Below are positions 39,308-49,876 of a stretch of 64,000 nt of DNA, one piece after another (position 1 is the first letter of the stretch; the number at the start of each line of letters is the position of its first letter). A program made the position numbers and the translations under genes. Origin of the DNA: an uncultured Christensenellaceae bacterium (lineage in GTDB: Bacteria > Bacillota > Clostridia > Christensenellales > SZUA-584); assembly GCA_964586785.1 (NCBI GenBank), contig CAZPHS010000002.1, forward strand, positions 74,502 to 138,501, in the 5' to 3' direction. The notes beneath the pieces were generated by a model. That model searched no databases, was not told where the DNA came from, and worked only from the letters and a program-made list of their open reading frames with translations.

Positions 39308-41263
39308 TTATACGTGTTTGGCCCGCGTTATAATACGCATTTCAAAAGGCGAAAGCGCATACTGCTCGCCAAAAAGGTTAATTGCCTGCCGCGACTCGTT
39401 ATTGTTGAATACAAATATCCAAATGGTCGTATCGTTCTCACGCGTAGAAATTTCTACGCCAACGGGTATGGACTCGTAATAAGGGATGCCTTTACCGCTT
39501 AGTATTACTTTTGCCATGTGGCGGTAAAAATCTCTGTCCCCAACAGTTCCGACATAATAGCACTCGCCCCCGCCTAACGTATTAACTGTTATCGCCGCGC
39601 CGCCCTTGTAAAACGAGTCGGAATATAACGCAAAATCCTTGGCTGTTTCAGCTTCCAGAACATCGCACCATCGCGTAACCGTAAACGATTGGCCGGATAA
39701 CATCTTTATGCTTTGATACAGGTTCCCGATCGGGTCGTATTCGCGGACAACACACCCTGCAAGTTTACGAAAAGCGTTTGGAAGAAGCTCGGTAATTCTG
39801 TTGTTATCCGGCGCTTTCACGCCCGTGCGGTTAGTCAAAACTACTGTTCCGCCCGCCTTAGTAAACGCTTCCAGCCTGTTTACGAGAGATTCGTTGCTTA
39901 TAAACTGCGCAGGCGCAACAATAACATCGTATCCGTCAAGCGCAACGTCTTCCCCAACCACATCTATATTTATCCCAAGCGCTAAAAACCCGTCGTGCCA
40001 TAGTTTAAGCTGCTCCCAATACGAAAATCCTTCTGATTGCGGTTGAATTCTAAAAGCGCGGTCCTGAATATACGAATAAAGTATTGCAACCCTGCTTTTA
40101 ACCTTCGTTCCGAAAAGAGCAGGCATTGCGCGCAGTTCGCGTACAAAATCAAGAAACTCGGCATACCGTCGGCCGGAAGGAATCTTCGTATCAAACAATC
40201 CATGATAGAACATTTCGGCTCCGGAGCGCGCGCTGCGCCAGCGGAAAAACAATAACAGGTCAGCCCCGCGCGCTATAGTCTGCCAAGCGTATCCTTTAAG
40301 CATGCCGGGCAAAGTAGTAGGCGATATAGGAACCCAACAGCCCTTAGGTCCCGATAGCTGCTCTAAAATCCAAAAGTTTTGCTGCTTATACCCCCGTACT
40401 AAATCGAGCGCAAAGGCCTGGGACGATTTAACATTAATGTCCGGTATACGGACTGGCGGGTAATTATCATAACTCGCAAAATCGTATTCCCTAAAAATCG
40501 CATGAAAATCCGGCATATTAGTATTAAAACAGGCGTTAGTAGTAACTATAGCGTCCGGCTTGAAACTTTTAATTATGTCACGCTGAAAACGAAGAAATTC
40601 GGCGCAGGAAACAGACGCCCATTTTTCATAGTCGAGCAAATATGCCGGATTCATCCAGCCGTATTGATAGTCGGCGCCAAGCGGCGGCATAATCGATTCA
40701 AAATCATCGTACTGACCGCTCCATACGTCATTTCCCCATGCAAGGTTTATATCGTCAACGGTTTTGTATTTCCCGCGCAAATACGCGCGGAACCCCTCCG
40801 CGCAGGCGGAACAGCAACAATGATTGCCCTCCGGTTCATTATCTATCTGCCATGCAATAACCCGCGGATTGTTTACGTAACGCGATACCATTTTTGTAAC
40901 AATCCGCGCCGCGTATCGCCGAAATACCGGGTCTGTCATGCATCGGTGCCCGCGGATTCCAAGAGCCGTACGATTCCCGTCCCTACCAACCTGCCGGGTT
41001 TGAGTATGCTTTGTGTACAGCCACACGGGCGCGCAATTAGTCGGCGTCCCTAAAATCACATCGATATTATAACGGTCAAATATGGCAATCACTTCGTCCA
41101 GCCATTCAAAGTTAAAGTTGCCGTCCGACGGCTCTAAAACCCCCCACGCGAATTCCCCTATACGAACCGTATCTATATTCGCCCGTGCCATTTCACGCGC
41201 ATCGTCTTCCCACCATTCCGGGCTCCAATGCTCGGGATAATAATCGACGCCTATTCGAATCAT
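39308..41263 (-). CDS. GH42 beta-galactosidase
   Basis: IGVDYYPEHW, WQIDNEPE followed by a Cys cluster (HCCCSAC), trimerisation and C-terminal domains. The start overlaps the GH31 stop by 4 nt. Confidence 0.9.
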   Translation of the reverse strand: MIRIGVDYYPEHWSPEWWEDDAREMARANIDTVRIGEFAWGVLEPSDGNFNFEWLDEVIAIFDRYNIDVILGTPTNCAPVWLYTKHTQTRQVGRDGNRTALGIRGHRCMTDPVFRRYAARIVTKMVSRYVNNPRVIAWQIDNEPEGNHCCCSACAEGFRAYLRGKYKTVDDINLAWGNDVWSGQYDDFESIMPPLGADYQYGWMNPAYLLDYEKWASVSCAEFLRFQRDIIKSFKPDAIVTTNACFNTNMPDFHAIFREYDFASYDNYPPVRIPDINVKSSQAFALDLVRGYKQQNFWILEQLSGPKGCWVPISPTTLPGMLKGYAWQTIARGADLLLFFRWRSARSGAEMFYHGLFDTKIPSGRRYAEFLDFVRELRAMPALFGTKVKSRVAILYSYIQDRAFRIQPQSEGFSYWEQLKLWHDGFLALGINIDVVGEDVALDGYDVIVAPAQFISNESLVNRLEAFTKAGGTVVLTNRTGVKAPDNNRITELLPNAFRKLAGCVVREYDPIGNLYQSIKMLSGQSFTVTRWCDVLEAETAKDFALYSDSFYKGGAAITVNTLGGGECYYVGTVGDRDFYRHMAKVILSGKGIPYYESIPVGVEISTRENDTTIWIFVFNNNESRQAINLFGEQYALSPFEMRIITRAKHV

Positions 41264-43590
41264 ACAGCCTCCTTAAATATAACAAAGCGCATAAAAATGT
41301 CTTCCGCATAAAATGCCGCTCCTCTGTTGTCATCTATGGCTTTCGCGCCGGATACTGCCTTTATAAGCTTATTGCCGGCAAAAATAATTTTGAGACCGTC
41401 CGGCGGCATGGATAACCTTATTTCAATTTCGTCTTGTTTACGCTCCGCATTAACAATAAACGATACGGCTCCGTTTACATCTACTATTTCGCGCGAGGCG
41501 AAAGCGCCGTCGCAAAGAGCATACACTACAATATCAAGCTGCCTATCATATGCGTACACCGCCGCAGTATTCGTTCGTCCCAAAGGAATAATTGAATTCT
41601 GTCTTATATAAAGCGGCAAAGAGAAAAAATCGTGAGTCTCCGTTCTCCATCCGTCCCCGTATACTAACTCGCCGGTAAAAAAATTGGTCCATATTCCGCG
41701 CGGCAGAAAAACATCTACAGAACCATTTTCCCGCAAAACCGGCGCCACAAGCAAAGAATCTCCCAACATATACTGCTTATCGCACGCCACGGCGCCCAAT
41801 TCGTCAAATTCCAGCGCCATAGCGCGCATTGCGGTCAGCCCCGTTTTCGCCGCCTCGGACGCCAACCCATAAATGTATGGCATAAGCTCGCATTTAAGTT
41901 TTGTGAAAAAGCGGCATACTTCGGCTGCTTCCTCGCCAAACAGCCATGGAATACGATATGATTCCGAACCATGCAATCGGGAATGCGTGGACAACAGGCC
42001 GAACGCCAACCACCTTTTATAAACGTGAGACGGCGCCGTTCCCTCAAAACCGCCTATATCATGGCTCCAAAAGCCAAAGCCCGAGAGACAAAGCGACAAC
42101 CCGGCGCGCAGGCTTTCGGACATCGCCTGATATGTAGAGTTGCAATCGCCGCCCCAGTGCACCGGAAAACGCTGTCCGCCCGCAGTTGCGCTGCGCGCGA
42201 ACAGGCAAGCTTCTTTTTCGCCGCGCTCTTCCGCGATGGCTTCATAGACAATTTTGTTATAAATATAGCTGTAGTAATTATGCATACTATATTGTTCAGA
42301 CCCGTCAAAATAGACACAGTCGACGGGTATTCTTTCGCCGAAATCAGTCTTAAATGCATCAACGCCCTGCCGTAGCAAGCCCTTAAGCTTTTCTTTATAC
42401 CAATCGACCGCGGCCGGATTCGTAAAATCATACACCGCAAGACCGGACTGCCAAAGATCCCATTGCCAAACAGTGCCGTCAGAACGCTTTAATAGATACC
42501 CCTTATCCTTCGCCTCGCCAAACACCTTGGATTTCTGCGCGATATACGGATTAATCCAAACACAAACCTTTACGCCTCGATCATGAATTTTTTTAAGCAA
42601 GCCCTCGACGTTTGGAAACATTTTTTCATCCCAAACAAAGCCGCACCACTCGTTTTCGCGCATCCAGAAACAATCAAAATGAAAAACAGATAACGGAATA
42701 TCTCTTTTTAGCATCCCGTCTATAAGCGATAAAACCGTTTTTTCATCATACGACGTGGTAAACGACGAGCTAAGCCACAGACCGAAAGACCAAGCCGGAG
42801 GCAGCGCCGGCCTGCCGGTAAGAGCGGTATACGTTTTCAGCGCGCCTTTCATATCGTCCGCGCCTATAATCATAAAATCTAGCGCATGACCGGGCACGGA
42901 AAACTGAACGCGCTCAACCTGCTCCGTGCAAATCTCGTATGATACGTTTCCGGTATCGTTGACGAAAACGCCGTACCCGCGATCCGTTATGTAAAAAGGA
43001 ATGTTTTTATATGAAATTTCGCTAGACGTTCCGCCGTCCTCATTCCAGATATCAACAACCTGACCGTTTCGCACAAACGGCGTGAACCTCTCTCCCAGAC
43101 CAAACACGTGTTCACCTATATCCAGATCAAGCTGTGCGCGCATAAAGGGCCCCCGCGGAGTTGAAACAAAGCTTAACATGCGTTTCCCAAACTGTGCGCC
43201 TATGCCGGTCAGCATTCTTCCGTTATAGTACCATGTAAAATTAGAAGGGCGTTTTTCGATGACAAGCATGGTTTTTCCCGAACGGACAACCGTTTTTTCA
43301 ATCGTATCCTCAACATCAAGTTCACATTTCGCATCAAAAAGGTCGAATTTAGCGTATTTTTTTGTATCGCCTTTAAAATGAACGGCACGCAGCCTTATAA
43401 TATCCGGCTGAGGGGACGTCACCTCCAATTCAATCGCGGGTCCGTCCAAACTCCTTCTGTCTTCCTGATATGTAACGCCGTACAGCCAAAGCTTCGTTTT
43501 CGATTCATTTAGCTCAACTTCACGAACTTGTTCACAGTTGTGCGAAATAACCCCCGGCTTCATCATCCATTCACCACAGTTAAACTTCAC
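41260..43590 (-). CDS. GH31 alpha-xylosidase (YicI-like)
   Basis: VDAFKTDFGERIP and HWGGDCNSTYQAMSESLRAGLSLCLSGFGFWSHDIGGFE closely mirror the E. coli YicI catalytic regions. Confidence 0.9.
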   Translation of the reverse strand: MKFNCGEWMMKPGVISHNCEQVREVELNESKTKLWLYGVTYQEDRRSLDGPAIELEVTSPQPDIIRLRAVHFKGDTKKYAKFDLFDAKCELDVEDTIEKTVVRSGKTMLVIEKRPSNFTWYYNGRMLTGIGAQFGKRMLSFVSTPRGPFMRAQLDLDIGEHVFGLGERFTPFVRNGQVVDIWNEDGGTSSEISYKNIPFYITDRGYGVFVNDTGNVSYEICTEQVERVQFSVPGHALDFMIIGADDMKGALKTYTALTGRPALPPAWSFGLWLSSSFTTSYDEKTVLSLIDGMLKRDIPLSVFHFDCFWMRENEWCGFVWDEKMFPNVEGLLKKIHDRGVKVCVWINPYIAQKSKVFGEAKDKGYLLKRSDGTVWQWDLWQSGLAVYDFTNPAAVDWYKEKLKGLLRQGVDAFKTDFGERIPVDCVYFDGSEQYSMHNYYSYIYNKIVYEAIAEERGEKEACLFARSATAGGQRFPVHWGGDCNSTYQAMSESLRAGLSLCLSGFGFWSHDIGGFEGTAPSHVYKRWLAFGLLSTHSRLHGSESYRIPWLFGEEAAEVCRFFTKLKCELMPYIYGLASEAAKTGLTAMRAMALEFDELGAVACDKQYMLGDSLLVAPVLRENGSVDVFLPRGIWTNFFTGELVYGDGWRTETHDFFSLPLYIRQNSIIPLGRTNTAAVYAYDRQLDIVVYALCDGAFASREIVDVNGAVSFIVNAERKQDEIEIRLSMPPDGLKIIFAGNKLIKAVSGAKAIDDNRGAAFYAEDIFMRFVIFKEAV

Positions 43591-43627
43591 GCGTTACCCC
43601 TTTCCGCGCCTATGCGCGTAATATCAA

Positions 43628-46417
43628 TTATTTTTTCTTCTTTTTCGAATATGCCTGAAATATAAGGAATATTCCACCCAGCACCGCCGCGCCGCCCGCC
43701 GCCCCGAGTACGGCAAAAATTACGGCTTGCATTACATCGTCAGGCTTTTCTCCGTCAGATAGAGACGATGCTTTAGGGCTTGGCGAAGGCGATGCCGGGC
43801 TTTTTGTTTCATATGCGGGTTCTAGCAAAATAAATGCGGAAGGCTTTGCGTATATATCCCTTGTCCCTTCAAGCGCGGGCCTTGCAGCCGTTGAAACAAC
43901 AGAAAACTCTTTTATCTCTTCGCTTCGCGTACGTACGCTTACAGTGGTTTCACCGGGCCCCATCGGCACAAGGTCAACTGTCGCAAAGCCTTTCCCATCC
44001 GGCGCTGCAAATACGGGAGAAACCCATACAACCGCCGGATTTTCCGAAACAAAGCACGCGCTGTCCAATGTATTTTTTGGCGTTAATGCCGCGGCATACG
44101 AAACAGCGCCTGTTGAGTCAAGCATAACATCCGCCGAAAGAGAAACCGATGCCGGTGTGGTCTCCTTAACTTCCGCTCCCTCATCTTTAGCCAAAACAAA
44201 ATTAGAAATAGTAAATGTAACGGTAATAGTCTTAGGCTCGGGAATGCCGTCAAATGAAATCATATAATTGCCCGTTTTGGCTTCAGCCACAGACGAGCCG
44301 TCCCAAGCGTTGACGGGATCGTTCGTATCAAAACGGTTTCCGGTTTTAAGCGCTGTTTTTGGCTCTGTTTGCGTAATAGTAAGCTTAACCCCGTCAAGCA
44401 AAATCTCATCGTAAAAAATATCGCAGGATGTGAGCAGTCCGTTTGTTCCCTTAACGTCCGCCAAATAAACAGCGCCTACGTTGGCAAGCGATGTTACGCC
44501 CGCTTCTATCGCTTCCTTAGTAAGATCACTCGCACAATCAAACATAAGCGTATAAGTGCCGTTCCCGGCGATAATAATATTCTCGCCCCTGCAATTATTA
44601 TAAAAAGAATGTTCCGAATCATTATAGTAAGCGTTAATAGCTATTTCCAGCGAGTTTTCCGAAGAAACAGCTTGCGTAACATCAACCCGAACGGTTTTTG
44701 TCAAGCCCGAACGCGCGGTTAAAACTACATAGGCAGTCCCGACATTTTTGCCCGTCAGCGTTCCTAGCTTGCTAACGGTTACAACGCCGGTATCAGAACT
44801 TACAAAAGATACCGCGTCGTCTGTGGCGTCAGGCATGGCAACCTTTATTTGACCGTTCGATGCCACCGCCACAGAATACTTTTCCGCGTCAGTTTCAATT
44901 GATTTGAGCGGCGATAGTAGCGTCTCGTCCGGATACACCGTCACTTCAATTTGATCCCGCACCTCGCCGCTTTGCGCAGCTGCGTAAACGGTGCATCTTC
45001 CGGTGCCTTTTGCGCGTATAAAACCGTTGTACGCAGTCGCAACGGACGGATTCGATGTTGAGTAAATCACCGTTTCATTCGTATCGGCGGGCAGTACCTT
45101 AGCCGTAATGTTTGCCCACGAACCAACTGAAAGTGACAGCGTATCTGCAGATAAAAAGACGGAAGATATGGGAACAGTCCCGACGGGATTATCCTTGGTT
45201 CCGCGGACTATCGATTTAATATCGTTAAGTCCGGCCAACTCGTCCGCAAAAAAGTATCCGCGCAAAATCGCCCGAATAATCTTTGGATAAACGGCTTCGC
45301 CTGTGCTGCGATTAATAAGAGCCATACCGTAATCGGGGTCTCTTGTCATATCATACCATCCGTTGTCCCATACGCAGCAAACAACACCCGAAAGCCGCGA
45401 AAGCCGCGCCATAACTTCGTAATAATAAGCGCGCGCCTCTGTATTGTTTTTATTTACCGCGCCATATTCGCCCAAAACAACCGGTATGCCACCCGAAGTA
45501 AAATTGTTAATCAGCTTTTGAAAATTACCCGCCATCTTTAGCGCGCTATCCTCGCTCCAGCTTGTAATTCCCATCGTCTCCAGCAGCCCGAAGCTGTAAT
45601 CATAGTCATGTACGGAAACCATTAAACGGTTTTCATCATTCCACGGGTCTTCAGGAAGAGCAAAGCCGTTTTCTTTATTTGTCGTGTTAACGATATTTGT
45701 ATATCGTCCGGGCACAAGCAGCCATCTGCGCGTATTATTTCCGCCCGTTTTGCGTACAGTGTCAACAAAAATCCTGTTAAGCTCGTTGATCGCCTGAAAA
45801 TCGCGTAAGATGCCTTCACGCGTATCATCGTCGCTTTTTACCTCGTTCATCGATTCGAAGATAACGTGTTCATCGTACCCTGAGAATGCTAAAGCGATTT
45901 GCTCCCAAACACGGGCGAACTTCTCCTTAACCGTTACAAACTCCCCATCTTTTGCGGCGACGCGAAGCCAACCTGTCTGCTCAGCGCCGTCATGATGAAT
46001 ATTTATTATTACATACATGTCTTGCGCAAGGCAGTAGTCAGCTACCTCCCGAACGCGATTTAACCACATTGTATCGATGGCGTAATTATTTTCGTCATCT
46101 ATTTTCAGCCCCCATGTCACAGGGATTCGGACGGTATTAAACCCAAAATCATGTACAGCGTCAATAAGCCCGCTAGTCGTCGCCACGCTTTGCCAAGCAG
46201 TTTCCGACGGCATAAAAGCCGAGTGCCCGTCCATGGTGTTCCCCAAGTTCCATCCTATCCCCATTTCTTTGGTTATTTGCGCCGCGGATAAATCACGAAA
46301 GGGAAGCCTTATTGTTTCAATTTTGTTTATAACTGCGGCAGCCGAATGCGTGGACGTCATTATAAGCAGCGTAACAATAACGCAGCAAAAAGCAATGCGC
46401 AATACTTTTTTTTTCAT
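43628..46417 (-). CDS. Secreted, tail-anchored GH5 endo-beta-1,4-glucanase (candidate xyloglucanase) with Big_2 domains
   Basis: Signal peptide. GWNLGNTMD, acid/base FESMNEV, nucleophile VVLGEYGA. At least three Big_2-like domains. S/P-rich linker, Gly-rich TM helix and a KKKKK tail. Confidence 0.85.
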   Translation of the reverse strand: MKKKVLRIAFCCVIVTLLIMTSTHSAAAVINKIETIRLPFRDLSAAQITKEMGIGWNLGNTMDGHSAFMPSETAWQSVATTSGLIDAVHDFGFNTVRIPVTWGLKIDDENNYAIDTMWLNRVREVADYCLAQDMYVIINIHHDGAEQTGWLRVAAKDGEFVTVKEKFARVWEQIALAFSGYDEHVIFESMNEVKSDDDTREGILRDFQAINELNRIFVDTVRKTGGNNTRRWLLVPGRYTNIVNTTNKENGFALPEDPWNDENRLMVSVHDYDYSFGLLETMGITSWSEDSALKMAGNFQKLINNFTSGGIPVVLGEYGAVNKNNTEARAYYYEVMARLSRLSGVVCCVWDNGWYDMTRDPDYGMALINRSTGEAVYPKIIRAILRGYFFADELAGLNDIKSIVRGTKDNPVGTVPISSVFLSADTLSLSVGSWANITAKVLPADTNETVIYSTSNPSVATAYNGFIRAKGTGRCTVYAAAQSGEVRDQIEVTVYPDETLLSPLKSIETDAEKYSVAVASNGQIKVAMPDATDDAVSFVSSDTGVVTVSKLGTLTGKNVGTAYVVLTARSGLTKTVRVDVTQAVSSENSLEIAINAYYNDSEHSFYNNCRGENIIIAGNGTYTLMFDCASDLTKEAIEAGVTSLANVGAVYLADVKGTNGLLTSCDIFYDEILLDGVKLTITQTEPKTALKTGNRFDTNDPVNAWDGSSVAEAKTGNYMISFDGIPEPKTITVTFTISNFVLAKDEGAEVKETTPASVSLSADVMLDSTGAVSYAAALTPKNTLDSACFVSENPAVVWVSPVFAAPDGKGFATVDLVPMGPGETTVSVRTRSEEIKEFSVVSTAARPALEGTRDIYAKPSAFILLEPAYETKSPASPSPSPKASSLSDGEKPDDVMQAVIFAVLGAAGGAAVLGGIFLIFQAYSKKKKK

Positions 46418-46444
46418 AACCTAACCCTCCTTGTTTGTTCCGTC

Positions 46445-47074
46445 TTATTCTGGGCCCGCCTTTTCCGCTTCAATTACACGGAAAAGCTTTATTGCAAAAG
46501 CGCTTTTAGTTGCGATAATCATAATCGGAGCAATAAATATACCTATAAAAAGCAGCATCCAGCTGTTTAAGAAAAAAAGCCAAACTTCAAAAGCCACGAG
46601 AACCAAACAAAGCATCGAACGCCCGAAAAAACGGACAAAAATGCTTCTGGAATTCGTTAAATGTCTAAAAATTGAGTTGTGATATCTCGCGGCAAGCGCC
46701 CACACATAAAAAAAATGTACAAAAACCAATACCGCCGATATAATTCCTATAATAAGGAATCCGATAGGGTTGTCCTTAATATTTTCGAACAATACAAAGT
46801 CGATTACGACAGCCGCGGCAGCAGCCGCATAAGCAATCGTCAGTATCAGTCCCTGGCGCAGATTAGCCTTAAACGCGCGAAAATATGCAAGTACGATACT
46901 TTCCTCACGGTCTTCTGCCATTTTAAGCGTCACGGAATAAGCGGCAATCAGCGAAACTCCAAACGTCACAACAAACAGGGAGCCAATAATAAAAAGTAAG
47001 TTCAGCAAAAGTAAATCCCAGATCCGAGAAAGAAATTGCATCGTTTTGCTGTCAACTGAGAATAACTTAGCCAA
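46445..47074 (-). CDS. YesL-family (DUF624) membrane protein
   Basis: MQFLSRIWDLLLLNLLFIIGSL pattern, about six TM helices, typical partner of LplABC-type sugar transporters. Confidence 0.75.
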   Translation of the reverse strand: MAKLFSVDSKTMQFLSRIWDLLLLNLLFIIGSLFVVTFGVSLIAAYSVTLKMAEDREESIVLAYFRAFKANLRQGLILTIAYAAAAAAVVIDFVLFENIKDNPIGFLIIGIISAVLVFVHFFYVWALAARYHNSIFRHLTNSRSIFVRFFGRSMLCLVLVAFEVWLFFLNSWMLLFIGIFIAPIMIIATKSAFAIKLFRVIEAEKAGPE

Positions 47075-47081
47075 GCGTTGT

Positions 47082-47118
47082 GCCCCCGTTCCTTTTTTAG
47101 AGGGGGGCTTAGCCCCCC
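47082..47118 (-). promoter_or_regulatory. Intercistronic G/C hairpin (GGGGGGC-TTA-GCCCCCC) with an alternative upstream pairing partner
   Basis: 7-bp all-G/C stem at 47102-47118. GCCCCC at 47082-47087 can pair with the same G-run. On the minus-strand RNA it is followed by an A-run, not a U-run. Confidence 0.4.
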
Positions 47119-47140
47119 GTCAGAGATAACTATATGGCGG

Positions 47141-48886
47141 CTAATTTTCTTCTAACTGAAGTTTATAACGAGCCGCGGCCTGCTCGTTTCCCCACTCGAG
47201 TATCTTGTTATAGCCGTATTCCCCGCAGACTCTTATCATCTCTTTTATCAGATAGTCAAACTCCGCGTCACTTTTGGCATATATCGCTTGCCATGAGTAT
47301 TTTTTTGCAACCGCCTGCTGCACCTGTGTCCAAATAAGCTCAAGCTCTTTGGAGCGCTTCGGCTCGGCATATGATGTTCCGGGGATAAGGGTATAATTTG
47401 TGCCGCCCATATAATCCTGTATGTAATCATACCCGGTATACTCACGCCAATCCTGTTCAATTTCACATCTTGCGTCGCCCAGCATGCTTCGCCACATTTC
47501 ATAATTATACGTCTCACCGCTCGATTCGGGGTTCTCCGCATCTATAACCCAAGTTGTATTATTAATTTGCAGCATACCATCCGTGAACATGGCGCCAAGC
47601 TGATATGTCCTGCCGGTTTCAGCGCTGGTCCATTCAACGCCGCCCAAGTCGTAACGCGGGTCCTGGCGGCATATATGGCCAAGTTCGGTAAAGCAGGTAT
47701 TGCCGTCTTCGTCATAATACCACATCAAATCCTTAATTCCATACCAAATACTCATCGCGCCCTCGGGCGTATAAAGCCACTCGAGAATCTGCATACAAAG
47801 CTCAGGATATTCCGTATGCGCGCCGATAGACCAAATACGGTTGCCTCCAAGCATACTCATGCCGTACACGGGCGGAGACGCTTCATTAGGAACAAGCGAA
47901 AGCATCATCTTGTTATCCGCTATATGCTCGACTGTGTTATATGTAAACGATCCGCTGTAATTAAATATCGAAAAGAAGGTGCCTCCCCGTTTAACTTTCT
48001 CGGCCATTTGGTCGAACGTTTGCGTCATCGAATCGGGATCGAGCAAATCGTTTTGATACAGCTTATTAAAAAACCTGAGCATTTTTATATACGGCCCGTC
48101 TTCCTCAAGCTCATGGTACAATTCTCCCGTATTCGGATCGTACAGCCCAAGCGTCAGTTCATCATATCCATAGTACGCCGTCGCCATCGCTTTCGCATAC
48201 ATAACCATCGTACCGTCCCAGTCCGGCCAAAGCGATACGGCATAGGTTTCGTTGCCGTGCTCATCCGTCGGGCATATTTCCTTCATCTGTTTTAGCACCT
48301 CAATATAGTCGTCAAGGTTGTTAACTTCCGGATGCCCAAGCTGTTTGTAAAGATCCCACCGGATATCCCACGTATAGAAAAAACTTTGACGGTCCTTAGG
48401 GCTCGAAGCAAGATTATGCCCTAAACCATGTATCTTCCCGTCTCCGGAAATCTTTTTGTTCGTTTCAAGGGCAATCTGTGCCTTTTCCCATATCGTCGGC
48501 GCATATGTCTGGCATATATTATTTTCTTCCCAGTCATATAAAAGCCCAAGGCCGACGGCATCCTTATACTCCGCGCCATTATCGCCCCAGACGATGATAT
48601 CTCCAAGGCTTCCGGATTCAAGAAGCGTTTCGTATACGCCTTCCAAATCGTTAATAATGTTCAGTCGAACGTTAAATTTATCCTCGCGCAGGGCGGCGTA
48701 CCAGCCTGTCTGGTATCCGTTCCAATTAGCGGTCTGGCTGTACACGTTCAACACTATCAAATTGCCGTCACCCGTCTGGCCGTTCGATGACGGTGTACAG
48801 GCGACGGTCCCAAACATAATGGAGAAAAGCATCGCTACGCAGAAAATAAACGCTCCAAACCGTTTAATACCTTTTGTTTTTTTCAT
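47141..48886 (-). CDS. Extracellular solute-binding lipoprotein of a carbohydrate ABC importer (LplA-type)
   Basis: MKKTKGIKRFGAFIFCVAMLFSIMFGTVAC lipobox. Large family-1 SBP. The start was moved to the internal ATG. Confidence 0.85.
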   Translation of the reverse strand: MKKTKGIKRFGAFIFCVAMLFSIMFGTVACTPSSNGQTGDGNLIVLNVYSQTANWNGYQTGWYAALREDKFNVRLNIINDLEGVYETLLESGSLGDIIVWGDNGAEYKDAVGLGLLYDWEENNICQTYAPTIWEKAQIALETNKKISGDGKIHGLGHNLASSPKDRQSFFYTWDIRWDLYKQLGHPEVNNLDDYIEVLKQMKEICPTDEHGNETYAVSLWPDWDGTMVMYAKAMATAYYGYDELTLGLYDPNTGELYHELEEDGPYIKMLRFFNKLYQNDLLDPDSMTQTFDQMAEKVKRGGTFFSIFNYSGSFTYNTVEHIADNKMMLSLVPNEASPPVYGMSMLGGNRIWSIGAHTEYPELCMQILEWLYTPEGAMSIWYGIKDLMWYYDEDGNTCFTELGHICRQDPRYDLGGVEWTSAETGRTYQLGAMFTDGMLQINNTTWVIDAENPESSGETYNYEMWRSMLGDARCEIEQDWREYTGYDYIQDYMGGTNYTLIPGTSYAEPKRSKELELIWTQVQQAVAKKYSWQAIYAKSDAEFDYLIKEMIRVCGEYGYNKILEWGNEQAAARYKLQLEEN

Positions 48887-48930
48887 GCCGAACACCCTTT
48901 CATTTATTTTATTGCGTTTTCGCGCAAAAA

Positions 48931-49866
48931 TCACCCCTTTACCGCGCCAAGCATAATACCTTTTACGAAATACCGCTGCATAAACGGATAAATCAACATA
49001 ATTGGGATAATCGTAGCCATCGAAATCGTATATTTTACAACTTTCGCGTTCAGCGCGTTCTCCAGCACCATAGCCGTGCCTGCGCCGCCGCCCATGACCG
49101 CCTTAAGGTCGGACGATTTTTGAAGGTAAACATACAAACGATGCTGCAGCGTATATAATTCGGGCGCGCCTTTCATCAATATTAACGAGTCCTGAAAAGA
49201 ATTCCAGTTTCCTACCGCCCCGAAAATGGCAATTGTCGCAAGTATAGGCTTTGAAAGCGGCCATATTATCTTGCGGAAAATTACTAACGTCGTAGCGCCG
49301 TCTATTATAGCGCTCTCCTCCAACTCCTTAGGGATAGACTCAATATACGTTTTGACAAGAATGATATTAAAGGGCGCGATAATTGCCGGGATAATATACG
49401 CCAAATAGCTGTTTGTTAATCCAAGCATCATCATATTTAAATACCATGGAATTAATCCGGCGTTAAAGTACATAGTTATAACAATTGCGCGATACCAGAA
49501 GCTTCGATGCCAAAGCGCCCTTTTTGTAACAAGATAACCCGCAAGGCCGCTCGCTATAACCATCAGTCCCGTCCCAAGAATTGTTCTTGTAACCGTTACA
49601 AGAAAGGCATTGGCGAGATCGTTTACATCTTTTAGCGCAATATAATTTGAAATATTAATGCCTATGGGGAAAATTGTAACCGCGCCTCTTGACACAAGCT
49701 CATTATCAGAAATCGTATTTATGAACAGATAATAAAAAGGAAAAATGCAAAGCAGCGTAAAAACCACAAACGCCGTAACGTTCATGACATCAAATATCGC
49801 GTTCCCCGCACCCCGTTGTTGTTTAAGCCGACGCTTTTTTGGCGCTTTCGCAACTGACTTTCTCAT
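48931..49866 (-). CDS. Carbohydrate ABC transporter permease (LplC-type)
   Basis: EAA-loop-like region ESAIIDGAT...IFRKIIWPLSKP. AGGAGG lies 6 nt upstream of the ATG at 49866. Confidence 0.9.
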   Translation of the reverse strand: MRKSVAKAPKKRRLKQQRGAGNAIFDVMNVTAFVVFTLLCIFPFYYLFINTISDNELVSRGAVTIFPIGINISNYIALKDVNDLANAFLVTVTRTILGTGLMVIASGLAGYLVTKRALWHRSFWYRAIVITMYFNAGLIPWYLNMMMLGLTNSYLAYIIPAIIAPFNIILVKTYIESIPKELEESAIIDGATTLVIFRKIIWPLSKPILATIAIFGAVGNWNSFQDSLILMKGAPELYTLQHRLYVYLQKSSDLKAVMGGGAGTAMVLENALNAKVVKYTISMATIIPIMLIYPFMQRYFVKGIMLGAVKG

Positions 49867-49876
49867 CACAAACCTC

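Noticed and set aside
47567-48295. A 242-aa plus-strand ORF inside the SBP gene.
   Set aside because: It is antisense to a well-supported lipoprotein SBP. Its R/H/I-rich composition has no motif. It is a shadow ORF.
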